This document shows positions 31,553-42,174 of a DNA stretch of 64,000 nt, piece after piece. The position numbers were made by a program, and so were the translations under genes. The DNA lies in assembly GCA_043803945.1 (NCBI GenBank), contig JAZDJN010000087.1:64001-128000 (forward strand), in the 5' to 3' direction. The DNA is from a bacterium. GTDB lineage: Bacteria; Bacteroidota; Ignavibacteria; UBA10030. How positions within the stretch are numbered: position 1 is the stretch's first letter; the number at the start of each line of letters is the position of its first letter. A model generated the notes under the pieces. It did no database searches. It was not told the DNA's origin and was given only the letters and a program-made list of their open reading frames with translations.

Positions 31553-32269
31553 ATGCATCCCTTTACTATCAGCAAAAGAATGACCATCCACCAATCCGTA
31601 ATTCTTCTCTCCATCGCATTTCTCTTGTTTGCATTGGCGGGCTGTGCCGGCTCATCCGGTCTGACAAAACAAGAGATCGAGGCCTTACAGCAGCAGCAGG
31701 CAGAAAATACAACAAAGATCGATCGTCTTCAGTCTGAAAATACCGGTTTGAAACAGAAACTCACCACAATGGAGCAGGATAAATCGGTCTTGAACAGCCG
31801 CTTTGCAGACATTCAATCCAAATACAATGCGGAACGTGAAAAGGCAGAACGGGCGGCAGCAGCAATAACAACTGAAACCCGGTCCATCCCCAGCACAAAA
31901 CCTGCCGTAACAGGATCCTATGAAGACGCAAAGAAAGCATTCATTGCGAAAAAATACGACGACGCAATTGGCATACTCGAATCACTTCTGAAGAGCGCAA
32001 TCTCTGATGAGCAGTCCGACAACTGTATGTATTGGCTCGGTGAAGCATACTTCGGCAAAAAAAACTATTCAGAAGCGATGAAACATTTTGAGAGTGTCTT
32101 GACACTGAAGAAATCCGAAAAGAAAGGTGATGCTCAATACATGATTGGCCGTTGCCTTGAACACCAGGGCAAAAAAGCCGAAGCAAAAGCGGCGTATGAA
32201 AGGGTCGTGAAAGAATATCCGATGAGCGATAATCTTGAACACGCCAAATTACGGTGGGGAAAGCTCTAA
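31553..32269 (+). CDS. CpoB/YbgF-like coiled-coil plus TPR lipoprotein
   Basis: Lipobox LAGC, coiled coil, SDNCMYWLGEAYF, VVKEYPMS. Confidence 0.8.
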   Translation: MHPFTISKRMTIHQSVILLSIAFLLFALAGCAGSSGLTKQEIEALQQQQAENTTKIDRLQSENTGLKQKLTTMEQDKSVLNSRFADIQSKYNAEREKAERAAAAITTETRSIPSTKPAVTGSYEDAKKAFIAKKYDDAIGILESLLKSAISDEQSDNCMYWLGEAYFGKKNYSEAMKHFESVLTLKKSEKKGDAQYMIGRCLEHQGKKAEAKAAYERVVKEYPMSDNLEHAKLRWGKL

Positions 32270-32355
32270 GAGACGAGAGAAGAAAGAAGTGAGAAGAGAG
32301 AAGAGTAAATCTGATTGATTGAACGGCATCATTCCAAAAGAGCGGTTTTAATGAG

Positions 32356-32396
32356 GCTTCTGACAGTTCTTCATTCTGAATGTCAGAAGTTTTTTT
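32356..32396 (+). terminator. Rho-independent terminator
   Basis: CTTCTGACA...TGTCAGAAG followed by T7. Confidence 0.75.
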
Positions 32397-32570
32397 ATTA
32401 GTCCATTGAACAAACCATTGTTCATTAAGAATTGTTCACTCTCAGCCATCTACAACCCCTTCACTCAAAACTTTCACTCCAAGGCATCCTTCTTCATACT
32501 TTATACTTCATCCTCATTGAATCTCACCTCCCCCCTCTGTATATTCCTGACGATGAACCATTACTGAAAA

Positions 32571-33929
32571 ATGTCAAAAGTCCTGACAAAATACGTTTGT
32601 CAATCATGCGGTTATGTTTCTCCCCGCTGGGTGGGGAAATGCCCAAACTGCAATGAATGGAATACCTTTGTGGAAGAGGCTCCCTCCCCGTTAAAATTAC
32701 GAAAGGCCACCGGTATCCCATCATCTCTGGAGCCCGTGCCGCTCGAAGACATTGACCGGGAGGAAAGCCCGCGTATCATGACGCATATAGCGGAGTTCGA
32801 CCGTGTGCTCGGCGGCGGACTCGTACCCGGATCTCTTATCCTGCTCGGCGGTGATCCCGGCATTGGCAAGTCGACATTGATGATGCAGATTGCCCTGCAC
32901 TTGAAGGATCAGATTATCCTATACGTGACAGGGGAAGAATCTGTACGGCAGATAAAATTGCGTGCAGAGCGGCTGCATTCTAAGGATGCAAAGAATATCC
33001 TCCTTCTTGCGGAAACAAATCTCGATTTGATTCTCGATGTCATCGAACGGGGAACCCCCGATCTGCTTATCATTGATTCCATTCAAACCATGTATCGGCC
33101 CGGTCTGGAAAGCGCGCCGGGAAGCGTGAGCCAGGTACGGGAATCGACTGCCTTGTTACTGCGCCTGGCAAAGATCCGCGGCATTCCGATCTTCGTGATC
33201 GGCCACGTAACCAAGGAGGGTGTCATTGCAGGGCCGCGCGTGATCGAACATATGGTCGACACCGTGCTCCAATTTGAGGGAGAAGCGCATTACTCGTACC
33301 GTATTCTCCGCGCGCTGAAAAACCGGTACGGTTCGACCAATGAGATCGGAATTTTTGAGATGCATGACAATGGGCTGCGCGAAGTGCAGAATCCTTCCGA
33401 AGTCTTTCTCTCTGAACGGCAGTACGGCACTTCCGGCTCAACAGTTGTAGCAAGCATCGAAGGGACACGCCCGATCCTGATTGAGGTGCAGGCACTCGTC
33501 ACCCCAACCAGTTACGGCATGCCGCAGCGCAATTCCACCGGGCTGGATTACAGGAGATTAGCGCTGCTTCTTGCAGTTCTCGAAAAGCGCGTCGGACTGC
33601 ACCTTGGCAGCATGGATGTTTTTGTCAATATCGCCGGCGGGGTCAAAATCGATGAGCCCGCTGTCGACCTCGGGATTGCAAGTTCCATTACCTCAAGCCT
33701 GCGTGATGTTCCCGTTGACTCGACTTCAGTTGCAGTGGGTGAAATCGGCCTCGGCGGAGAAATTCGCACTGTTGGCAATATTGAGAAGCGCGTACAGGAG
33801 GCGGCGAAACTGGGATTCAAGCGGATCATCCTTCCACGCAACAATCTTAAGAATGTAAAGTCGCAGAATGGCATCGAGATCGTGGCAGTTCAAACCGTCA
33901 ACGAGGCCATAAAGGAATTGATCAGTTGA
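32571..33929 (+). CDS. radA: DNA repair protein RadA/Sms
   Basis: CxxC..CxxC zinc finger, GDPGIGKST, KNRYG, Lon-like C-terminus. Confidence 0.98.
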   Translation: MSKVLTKYVCQSCGYVSPRWVGKCPNCNEWNTFVEEAPSPLKLRKATGIPSSLEPVPLEDIDREESPRIMTHIAEFDRVLGGGLVPGSLILLGGDPGIGKSTLMMQIALHLKDQIILYVTGEESVRQIKLRAERLHSKDAKNILLLAETNLDLILDVIERGTPDLLIIDSIQTMYRPGLESAPGSVSQVRESTALLLRLAKIRGIPIFVIGHVTKEGVIAGPRVIEHMVDTVLQFEGEAHYSYRILRALKNRYGSTNEIGIFEMHDNGLREVQNPSEVFLSERQYGTSGSTVVASIEGTRPILIEVQALVTPTSYGMPQRNSTGLDYRRLALLLAVLEKRVGLHLGSMDVFVNIAGGVKIDEPAVDLGIASSITSSLRDVPVDSTSVAVGEIGLGGEIRTVGNIEKRVQEAAKLGFKRIILPRNNLKNVKSQNGIEIVAVQTVNEAIKELIS

Positions 33930-34417
33930 TGAGTGCAAACGAGAGCAGTAACCATGAACGGTGGATGCGGGAAGCAATTGAACTGTCGCTGAACAATGTC
34001 GAGAGCGGCAACGGCGGCCCTTTCGCTGCCCTTATCGTAAAAGAAGGAGTCGTGCTTGCGCGAGGAATCAATCGTGTAACGTCTTCAAACGATCCCACCG
34101 CCCATGCAGAGATCGTGGCCATTCGGGAGGCATGCCGGATTTTAAATAGTTTTCAGTTACAGGGTTGTGAAATTTATTCTTCATGCGAACCATGCCCGAT
34201 GTGCCTTGGCGCTATCTACTGGACCCGGCCGAAAGCATTGTATTTCGCGGGAACCCGTATCGACGCTGCCCGCGTTGGTTTTGATGACCACCTGATTTAC
34301 CAGGAGCTTACCGTACCGATTCAGGCAAGAACAATTCCCACACAGCAACTGCTCGGGGATGAGGCACAGTCAGCATTTATTGCATGGGAGAGAAAGAGCG
34401 ACAAAGTGCAATATTGA
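33929..34417 (+). CDS. guaD: Nucleoside/guanine deaminase (CDA-like zinc-dependent)
   Basis: GGPFAA, DPTAHAE, SCEPCPMC, GFDD (Bacillus GuaD-like). Confidence 0.8.
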   Translation: MSANESSNHERWMREAIELSLNNVESGNGGPFAALIVKEGVVLARGINRVTSSNDPTAHAEIVAIREACRILNSFQLQGCEIYSSCEPCPMCLGAIYWTRPKALYFAGTRIDAARVGFDDHLIYQELTVPIQARTIPTQQLLGDEAQSAFIAWERKSDKVQY

Positions 34418-34566
34418 GGAATACGGAAAGACGGGAATGTGGGAATGGGAAATGCGGGGAGTTAGAAGTTAGTAAAGAAGTAAGAAGTAAAAAGTAAGAT
34501 GGAGAAAGTATAAGAGGAGAGCGGTAACGGCAGCACGGGGTTTCGAAAAGAGGAGGAAGTGAAGGA

Positions 34567-34821
34567 ATGCAGATGATTGGATATGTTGGTCTTGTGGCCC
34601 TCGCTCTCTGTTGGATACCGCAGTCGATAGACACAATCAAGCGCGGAGAGTGCCTTGTGAATTTGCCGTTTCTTCTTCTCTCCTCCATTGGAAGTTTTTG
34701 CCTCGCGCTCTATGCGTTCAGCATTCAGGACACGGTTTTTACTATTCTGAATTCTCTCACCACGGTGGGTGCTGTGGTCAACATCTGCTATAAATTCTTT
34801 CCCAGAAAGTCTGCTGCATGA
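34567..34821 (+). CDS. PQ-loop/SemiSWEET-like three-TM protein
   Basis: 84 aa, WIPQ motif, three hydrophobic helices, 4-nt overlap with rdgB. Confidence 0.75.
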   Translation: MQMIGYVGLVALALCWIPQSIDTIKRGECLVNLPFLLLSSIGSFCLALYAFSIQDTVFTILNSLTTVGAVVNICYKFFPRKSAA

Positions 34822-35408
34822 AGACAATCGTTCTTGCCACACGGAACAACAATAAAATTATTGAGATCAAAACGCTGCTCGAGGGACTGCCTCTTGAAAT
34901 TCGTACGCTGAATGATTTCCCTCAGTGCCCTGCACTGATTGAAGATGGGAATACCTTTAAGGAGAATTCTCTGAAGAAGGCAGAACAGGTGTTTCGCTTT
35001 ACCCATCTTCCTACCCTTGCAGATGATTCGGGATTGGAGGTATTCTACCTCAACGGACGGCCAGGGGTCATCTCTGCACGCTACGCCAGAGATCGGGCGA
35101 GCGATCAGGAGAATAACAAAAAATTATTACGTGAGATGAAAGGCGTTGCTCCCCGAAGAAGGCATGCCCAATTCCGCGCGGTGGTAACACTCTTCAGCGA
35201 TGCGATCCATGAGCAGACTCAAGGCATTTGTGAAGGGAGGCTGGGTGAAGTTCCGAACGGTACGAACGGTTTCGGTTATGACCCGCTATTTATCCCAAAA
35301 GGATTTTCACGCACGTACGCTCAACTCACCGCAGAGGAAAAGAATCAGATCAGCCACCGGGCGAAGGCGCTGGAGAAAATGAAAGAAAAACTTCAGAGGC
35401 TCCTGTAG
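34818..35408 (+). CDS. rdgB: Non-canonical purine NTP pyrophosphatase (RdgB/HAM1)
   Basis: LATRN, ADDSGL, PGVISARYA, GFGYDPLF, KNQISHR. Confidence 0.96.
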   Translation: MKTIVLATRNNNKIIEIKTLLEGLPLEIRTLNDFPQCPALIEDGNTFKENSLKKAEQVFRFTHLPTLADDSGLEVFYLNGRPGVISARYARDRASDQENNKKLLREMKGVAPRRRHAQFRAVVTLFSDAIHEQTQGICEGRLGEVPNGTNGFGYDPLFIPKGFSRTYAQLTAEEKNQISHRAKALEKMKEKLQRLL

Positions 35409-35448
35409 AAAAATTAGTTCCTACAAAGAGGATTGGGGCTACTCACGA

Positions 35449-35473
35449 AGGACGGGACGCCGTCCCGTCCTAC
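35449..35473 (-). repeat. GTAG-type REP-like palindrome
   Basis: GTAGGACGGGACGGCGTCCCGTCCT between convergent genes; a similar element lies at 48130-48153 (GTAGGACGAGTTGACAACTCGTCC). Confidence 0.6.
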
Positions 35474-35481
35474 AATAATCG

Positions 35482-36687
35482 TTATTTGAGCCTGCCTTCG
35501 ATCGTTGCGAGCAGCAACTCCAGATCGAACGGCTTCTGTAAAAAACTGTCAACGCCCATGCGCATGCCAGCCCGCACGACAAACTGATCGCTTACGCCGC
35601 TCATCAGCAGGAAGGGGATGTCCTGTAAATTGGTATGCTCACGCACTCTCTGATAAAACTCAAGGCCATTCAGCGATCCCTCCGGAAACAACAAATCGGA
35701 GAGAATCAGCGACGGCGGAGATTGTGCGATCACTTCCAGTGCCTGCTCGACCGTCTCGGCGGTTTTTACTTCATAGCCATGTTTTTTTAGCTGCGCTGCA
35801 AGCGTCAGCAGAATCGAGACTTCATCTTCGACGATAAGGATGGTCGCCTTGGTCGCGGCCGTATTCCTTGCCCAGAGAATTCTCGCCTCTGCGCTCATAT
35901 GCTCTTCCATCGAGATGTTGTACTTCTGCCGCATCATCTGAAGAACCTGGGCCTCGTTCTTCGAGATATTGCCATCACGCCAGGCAATCCGCAACGCCTC
36001 AACATAGGCATCGATCTTTACCTGTTTGATCATCTCCTCATGCTGTTCTTGTGTAATGCCGAACAGGTCGCGCACTTTCTGCAATTCCATCGATTCATCC
36101 TGGTTAATCTTGCCATCGAACAACATCTCCTTCAGCATCTCCTGATACAGGGTAAGGCTTGCTCTTCCAATTTCTCTCCCAACGGGTGCCTCCGGTACCG
36201 GCTCCGGCATTGTGGTTGCTTCCTGCGGTGGAGGAACTGCGTTTGCATAGGCAGTTGCAGATTCCGACGGACCGCCTTGCTCCATCAGGACTTCAATGCG
36301 ATCGGAATAGGAGCGCGCAAAATAATTTGTCGGATCGATTGCATACACTTTTGCTATTTCCTGCAGTGCTTTCGGATATTCTCGGGAATCGATAAAGAAC
36401 TCGGCCGTACGCAACGCTTCCGAGATGATCGCATCCCGTTTTTCCTCATCCATCGCCTCCGTTCGCAATTGCTTGACCGCCTGATCCTTGATGCGCTGCA
36501 TCTGTGTGCGGACACGCTCGAGAAACGAGCGCGCATAGTAGTTCTTCGGATCAAGCTTCAGGGCATTATCGATTTCCACAATTGCCTGCTCATAGTTTCC
36601 CTGTTTGGTCAGGCCATCTGCTGTTCGAAGATGTTTGGCTACTTTTTCTTTTAACGGATTGGTTTGAGGCTCAGATTTTCCGAGCAT
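35482..36687 (-). CDS. TPR plus C-terminal receiver-domain protein
   Basis: Start MLGKSEPQ with AGGAG RBS (the longer track ORF overlaps the M14 gene); two TPR-like units, two DG.I..E..L..R helical repeats, REC domain ILIVEDE/LILSD/KP. Confidence 0.85.
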   Translation of the reverse strand: MLGKSEPQTNPLKEKVAKHLRTADGLTKQGNYEQAIVEIDNALKLDPKNYYARSFLERVRTQMQRIKDQAVKQLRTEAMDEEKRDAIISEALRTAEFFIDSREYPKALQEIAKVYAIDPTNYFARSYSDRIEVLMEQGGPSESATAYANAVPPPQEATTMPEPVPEAPVGREIGRASLTLYQEMLKEMLFDGKINQDESMELQKVRDLFGITQEQHEEMIKQVKIDAYVEALRIAWRDGNISKNEAQVLQMMRQKYNISMEEHMSAEARILWARNTAATKATILIVEDEVSILLTLAAQLKKHGYEVKTAETVEQALEVIAQSPPSLILSDLLFPEGSLNGLEFYQRVREHTNLQDIPFLLMSGVSDQFVVRAGMRMGVDSFLQKPFDLELLLATIEGRLK

Positions 36688-36885
36688 AGATCTCCTGCAC
36701 AATTGGTTCCTAGAGAGGAAGGTCGTTGTCTCTTCCTGATACTGTTGAAAGCTATCGATTTGCCCTCTCAAAATCAAATCGGCTCTCCGGGCTTCTGATC
36801 GAAGATCGCTGCTCTCTTTCTGTGGTTGCTTCTCCTCACTTTTCTCGTATATTCCCATCTCATAACCATCATTGAGGGTGATCTC

Positions 36886-39483
36886 ATGAAACAATTGTTG
36901 CTCTGTCTTGTCCTTCTTCCACTGTTTCTCTTTTCCCAGTCTTCTCTTCAATCCCCCGAACAAGCCTTTGGATTTAAGGTCGGGACCGACCAGAAATTGA
37001 TCGATTGGACGCAAATTCATTCCTACTTTACCGCTGTCGATAAACAGTCCGGCCGGGTGATTGTTCAGGAGCTTGGAAAGACGACCCTGGGTAAACCCTT
37101 TATCATGGCGATCATCTCCTCCGAGGCAACGATTAAGAACCTCGATCACTATCAATCGCTGCAGCGGCAGCTGGCGAAACCGTACTCGCTCTCCGCGGAC
37201 GCTACCGCGAAAATGATTGAAGAAGGCAAATCGGTTGTCCTGGTCACCATGAATATCCATTCCACAGAAATTGCGTCAAGCCAGGAGTCGGTGGAGTTGC
37301 TCTACGAACTTGCGACTTCAACAACTCCAAAGATCAAAAAGATCCTCGACAATGTGATCATCCTGATGATCCCCTCATTAAATCCGGACGGCCAGCAAAT
37401 GGTTGCCGATTGGTACAAACAAACTGTGGGCACTCCGGCCGAAGGCACTGCTCCTCCTCAATTGTATCATCATTATGCTGGCCATGATAATAACCGCGAC
37501 TGGTTTATGTACAACCTCATAGAAAGCCGGCTCACGGCAAAGGTACTGTATCACGACTGGTTTCCAGAAATTGTTTATGATCAGCATCAAATGGGTTCAG
37601 GGGGCGCGCGCCTTTTTCTCCCTCCTTATACCGATCCTGTTAATCCCAATATCCCCCCTGCATTGAGTGCACAAACCAGTCTGCTTGGAAAATTCATGAC
37701 ATCGGCGATGCATGCCGAAGGATATAAAGGAGTACTCAATGGGGTCAGTTTCAATGCTTTTTTTGAAGGCACCATGTCGAAGACACCGTTGTGGCATAAC
37801 CGCATCGGCATCCTCTCCGAAATGGCAAGCGTGAATATTGCATCGCCTATTTTCTTCCCGAAGAGCAGTGTTCGAGTTGGCCAGCGATCGCCGGACACCA
37901 AAATCCAAAACGATTATCTCGCTCCCTGGGAAGGGGGCTGGTGGCGGCTGCGGGACATCATCGAGTACGAGAAAACGGCAACGTATGCATGCCTGGAATT
38001 TGCTGCATCGTTGAAGGAACAGGTAAAGACTACTTTCTATCGACTGAATCGCGAAGCTATCGACAAAGGAAAGAAGGAAGCACCATTCGGATATCTTTTC
38101 CCCATCGACCAGCATGATCCGAATGCCGCAGCGTTACTGATTAACCGCCTTATGATTTCGGGAGTCGATGCACAACAAACAAACGCACCGATAACAATTG
38201 CCGGACGCATAATTCCAAAGGGCTCTTTCTATATCTCTCTTGCGCAGCCTTGCAGGCCGTACATTAAAGATCTCATGGAAGCTCAGCGCTACCCGAATCT
38301 GTATCAATACCCTGGTGGACCACCCGAACGGCCCTATGATGTTACAGCATGGACTATGCCGATGCAGATGGGTGTTGAACTTGTTCCCTTGAAGCAGAAG
38401 ATCGAAATTGCAGCACACACCATCACAACTGCCGTTGTACCGATCCCGGCTCTTTCCGCTGCAAAGGCGTATCTGGTTGAGAGAAGGTTTTTAAACTCTT
38501 ATGGATTTGTCCATGCATTGTTAAAAAATAATATCCCTGTCTTCGAAACATTAGGGGAAGCTTATCATGATGGCCATCGATATCCGATCGGAACATTTTA
38601 TATTCCTTCGGAAAGCAAGGGCCGAGCCTCGCTGGAGAAGTTTGCCCGGGAGCGGGAAGTACCGATGATTCCAATCAACTCTGAGTTGAAAGGAGCCGAA
38701 CCCGGCAAAGAAATGAAACGCGAGATCCGCTGGGCACGCCTTGCTGTTTATCAACCACTAAACGGAAACATGGACGAGGGATGGACCCGCTGCATGCTCG
38801 ATCAATTTAAAATTGCTTATACATCGCTCCGGCCGGATGATTTTAAAAAGAAAGACTTCAAGCTTCACAACGAGTTCGATGTCATTCTCTTCCCGGAAAT
38901 GTCCTCTGCCGCTATTGTCAGTGGAGCCGGCGGTGGCCGCCCTGGTGAGGAAGAACCGGTGCTTGGTACACCTCAACGACCAAAAGAATATGCGGTCGGG
39001 ATCGGGCAGCAGGGTGTTGACATGGTGAAGGAATTTATCTCTTCCGGCGGAACGGTACTAACCCTCGGCAATGCTTCGGAGTTTGCCATCGAACGATTCC
39101 GCCTCCCCATCGTGAACGAACTGAAAAATGTGTCCAGCAAAGAGTTTTTTGCACCGGGCTCAATTTTTGAAACAATGGTGGATCTTTCACATCCATTGAC
39201 GTACGGGATGGAAGAGAAAGCATATATCTATTTTGATGGAAGTCCTGCGTTTCGCATGCGCCCTTATAATAGAGAAAGCTCGGTTGTATTATCGTACGGC
39301 GATTCCAATCCGCTTCGCAGCGGATGGCTGCTGGGAGCTGAGCTGCTGTATGACAAAGTCGCAATGGCCGAGATCCCTGTCGACAAAGGAAGGGTAATCC
39401 TCTATGGCTTCCGCGTCCAACACCGGGCGCAGACGACAGGAACATATAAATTATTGCTGAATGCACTGGTAATATCAAAATAG
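36886..39483 (+). CDS. M14 family zinc carboxypeptidase with C-terminal GATase-like domain
   Basis: Signal peptide, NIHSTE, NPDG, HDNNRD, DQHQMG, PYDVTAWT, MDEGWTR. Confidence 0.92.
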   Translation: MKQLLLCLVLLPLFLFSQSSLQSPEQAFGFKVGTDQKLIDWTQIHSYFTAVDKQSGRVIVQELGKTTLGKPFIMAIISSEATIKNLDHYQSLQRQLAKPYSLSADATAKMIEEGKSVVLVTMNIHSTEIASSQESVELLYELATSTTPKIKKILDNVIILMIPSLNPDGQQMVADWYKQTVGTPAEGTAPPQLYHHYAGHDNNRDWFMYNLIESRLTAKVLYHDWFPEIVYDQHQMGSGGARLFLPPYTDPVNPNIPPALSAQTSLLGKFMTSAMHAEGYKGVLNGVSFNAFFEGTMSKTPLWHNRIGILSEMASVNIASPIFFPKSSVRVGQRSPDTKIQNDYLAPWEGGWWRLRDIIEYEKTATYACLEFAASLKEQVKTTFYRLNREAIDKGKKEAPFGYLFPIDQHDPNAAALLINRLMISGVDAQQTNAPITIAGRIIPKGSFYISLAQPCRPYIKDLMEAQRYPNLYQYPGGPPERPYDVTAWTMPMQMGVELVPLKQKIEIAAHTITTAVVPIPALSAAKAYLVERRFLNSYGFVHALLKNNIPVFETLGEAYHDGHRYPIGTFYIPSESKGRASLEKFAREREVPMIPINSELKGAEPGKEMKREIRWARLAVYQPLNGNMDEGWTRCMLDQFKIAYTSLRPDDFKKKDFKLHNEFDVILFPEMSSAAIVSGAGGGRPGEEEPVLGTPQRPKEYAVGIGQQGVDMVKEFISSGGTVLTLGNASEFAIERFRLPIVNELKNVSSKEFFAPGSIFETMVDLSHPLTYGMEEKAYIYFDGSPAFRMRPYNRESSVVLSYGDSNPLRSGWLLGAELLYDKVAMAEIPVDKGRVILYGFRVQHRAQTTGTYKLLLNALVISK

Positions 39484-39634
39484 CAGGAATACGTCGTAGG
39501 GAACGAGAGCGTTTGAGGGTGGGGGAATATGAGAATGTGAGAGTATGAGAATATGAAAGTATGGGAGTATGAAGTGTACGAGAATAGTAGGGTAAGAAAA
39601 TATTTGATGATCGACGGATTGATCGGATGAAGCA

Positions 39635-40432
39635 ATGACGAAGGTTCAATATTCACCTAACACCAGAAATACAGCCAATGCCATCAAGTCTTCCAACAGC
39701 TTCTCTTTAACGGAAGCTGCTATCCAAGAGAGCAGAATAGAGCACTCTCTGCATTCCCTCTTTTTGATTCTTCTTGTTATATCCTCCCCGTCTCAGCTTT
39801 ATCCCTTTCAACTCAATAGGAGTGATACCTCCTCAGCCCTTGTGTGGAGGCTTGCCGATTTACCCTCCATTATAGTAGAGAGGGATTCACTGATCGGGAA
39901 CCCAGCGCAGATTGCTTCTCCTTTTGGCACTGCATTGCAATTTAATGGAGCTGGAGATGCAATTTTTCTTGATTGTAATCCTCTCAAGAACCTCTATCAA
40001 TTTACCATCGAAGTAATTTTTCAACCCGATAGCGGCGGAAAATCAGAGCAACGGTTTTTACACATTGGAGAAGTACGGGGTAAAAGAGTCTTGCTCGAAA
40101 CGCGACTGATCGATAACCGATGGTGTTTGGATGCATATGTTAAGTCTGGCGATTCTTTATGTACGCTCATTGATCGGAACCTACTTCACCCAACGGATCG
40201 ATGGTATCATGTTGCCTTGACTGTGGACAATGGCAGAATGACGACCTACATCAACGGCCGGAAAGAGTTAGAAGGAACAGTTCCATTTCAACCATTGACA
40301 TCGGGAAGGACCTCGATCGGGGTCCGGCAAAACCGGGTTGACTGGTTCAAGGGGGCGATCTACCTTATCAAGATCTCACCGACGGTAGTGACCCCTGATC
40401 GATTTATCAAACAACGAAATGAAAGAAAGTAA
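39635..40432 (+). CDS. LamG/concanavalin-A-like domain protein
   Basis: ALQFNG, FTIEVIF, WYHVALT, YINGRKE, FKGAI; start uncertain. Confidence 0.78.
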   Translation: MTKVQYSPNTRNTANAIKSSNSFSLTEAAIQESRIEHSLHSLFLILLVISSPSQLYPFQLNRSDTSSALVWRLADLPSIIVERDSLIGNPAQIASPFGTALQFNGAGDAIFLDCNPLKNLYQFTIEVIFQPDSGGKSEQRFLHIGEVRGKRVLLETRLIDNRWCLDAYVKSGDSLCTLIDRNLLHPTDRWYHVALTVDNGRMTTYINGRKELEGTVPFQPLTSGRTSIGVRQNRVDWFKGAIYLIKISPTVVTPDRFIKQRNERK

Positions 40433-40613
40433 TAAGACATTTTCCTAACCACCGATGGCACACCCGCCTGCGTGCCTTCGACGGGCAGGCAGATGATCAC
40501 CGAAAAAGAATGATTGACCTCTGGTATTAGAAAATAGCACCTGTGGTAATCGGTGTGTTATCGGTGGTGGATTAAGTGAGCGTTACAATTCTAGTTAGTA
40601 CGGGATAATTTCC

Positions 40614-42167
40614 ATGAACACTCTAAATTCCTCAGCACAGAAGCAATGGTTAGCAAGCCCGATTGTCGTGATCACCGGCTTTGCTCTTATTAAATTGATT
40701 CTGCACTTATTGACGAATGCCTTCGATACGTACGGCTACTTCCGGGATGAACTCTATTATGTTGTTTGCTCTGATAACCTCGCTCCGGGATACGTGGATC
40801 AGCCGCCGCTCTCCCTCTTCTTTCTCGCCGCAAACAGAATGCTGTTTGGCGATTCTCTCTTTGCCCTTCGATTGCTGCCGGCGTTTCTGGGAACACTCAC
40901 AGTGTTTCTCACCGGCCTGATGGCAAAGGAGCTTGGCGGCAAATTGTATGCCCTCTCGCTCGCCTGCCTCGCGTCAATCTTTTCACTTTCATTTCTTGCA
41001 TCGTGCTCCTATTACTCAATGAACAGCTTCGACCTCCTGTGCTGGTCCTTTACATCATACCTGCTTCTTAAGCTGATAAACACAGAGAAGAGTGTGTATT
41101 GGTTCCCTATCGGTATCACGCTTGGTTTTGGTCTTTTGAACAAGACTGGTGTGCTCTGGCTTGGATTTGGAATCTTCGCCGGTTTGATATTCACTCGTGA
41201 GCGCCGATGGCTCAAGACATCCTGGCCATGGGGAGCCGGATGCCTCGCGTTGCTGCTCTTTCTTCCTTATATCATCTGGAACTTCCAGCACGATTTTGCA
41301 CATCTGGAATTTATTCGCAACGCAACTGCGGGAAAATATTCATCTCAGAATGCCATGACGTTTCTCTCCGGCCAGATGCTCCAGCAAAATCCTGTCCTCT
41401 TTCCTCTCTGGCTTCTCGGACTTTGGTACCTCATGATGAAAGCAGATAAAAAATATCGGCTACTGTCGATCGTCTTCTGCTCTGCTGCAGCCATTCTCCT
41501 CATCAATGGACACAGCAAAGCCGAATATCTTTCTCCTGCCTACGCAGTACTCTTTGCCGCCGGAGCGGTTTTTCTCGAACAATTGTTTTCCTCTAAACGA
41601 ACGTTGTGGCTGCGCTATGCATTTGTTCTTCTCATTCTCCTCTCTGCAATGCTCTTTCCTGTCGTGCTGGCGGTCTTGCCCGTGGAATCATTTATTGCCT
41701 ATTCTGAACGCCTGGGTATCACCCCTTCATCAGCGGAAGGAAAAAGGCTTGAGAGCCTCCCGCAATTTTATGCCGACCGGTTTGGGTGGAAAGAAAAAGC
41801 GAAAGCGGTTGCCGATGTGTACCACGCGCTCTCACCGGAAGACCAGGCGAAGTGCGCCATTGTTGCCGATAATTACGGCCGCTGTGCAGCAATCGATTTC
41901 TTCGGGAAACAGTACAACATTCCAAAAACCATCGGAACGCACAACAACTATTGGATTTGGGGGCCGAGAAATTATACGGGAGAAATCCTAATTGTACTGG
42001 GTGGTGATCTTGAAGATAAACAGCAGAGCTTTCAGACTGTAGAAGTCGCCGGCACGGTAACAACACCGTATTGCATGCCCTACGAAAACAACCTGAGGAT
42101 CTATGTATGCCGGGGATTGAAAGGCAACATCGACGAGGCGTGGAGCAGAAAAAAGCACTACATTTGA
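40614..42167 (+). CDS. Glycosyltransferase family 39 (PMT/ArnT-like) membrane protein
   Basis: YFRDELYY, GYVDQPPL, LNK, polytopic membrane topology, HNNYWIWGP. Confidence 0.9.
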   Translation: MNTLNSSAQKQWLASPIVVITGFALIKLILHLLTNAFDTYGYFRDELYYVVCSDNLAPGYVDQPPLSLFFLAANRMLFGDSLFALRLLPAFLGTLTVFLTGLMAKELGGKLYALSLACLASIFSLSFLASCSYYSMNSFDLLCWSFTSYLLLKLINTEKSVYWFPIGITLGFGLLNKTGVLWLGFGIFAGLIFTRERRWLKTSWPWGAGCLALLLFLPYIIWNFQHDFAHLEFIRNATAGKYSSQNAMTFLSGQMLQQNPVLFPLWLLGLWYLMMKADKKYRLLSIVFCSAAAILLINGHSKAEYLSPAYAVLFAAGAVFLEQLFSSKRTLWLRYAFVLLILLSAMLFPVVLAVLPVESFIAYSERLGITPSSAEGKRLESLPQFYADRFGWKEKAKAVADVYHALSPEDQAKCAIVADNYGRCAAIDFFGKQYNIPKTIGTHNNYWIWGPRNYTGEILIVLGGDLEDKQQSFQTVEVAGTVTTPYCMPYENNLRIYVCRGLKGNIDEAWSRKKHYI

Positions 42168-42174
42168 ATCGTCT

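Noticed and set aside
36688-37260. N-terminal extension of the 592-aa track ORF
   Set aside because: Antisense to the M14 peptidase; a good RBS-ATG exists at 36687
39515-39600. Periodic tracts as a CRISPR array
   Set aside because: No identical repeats with unique spacers and no cas genes
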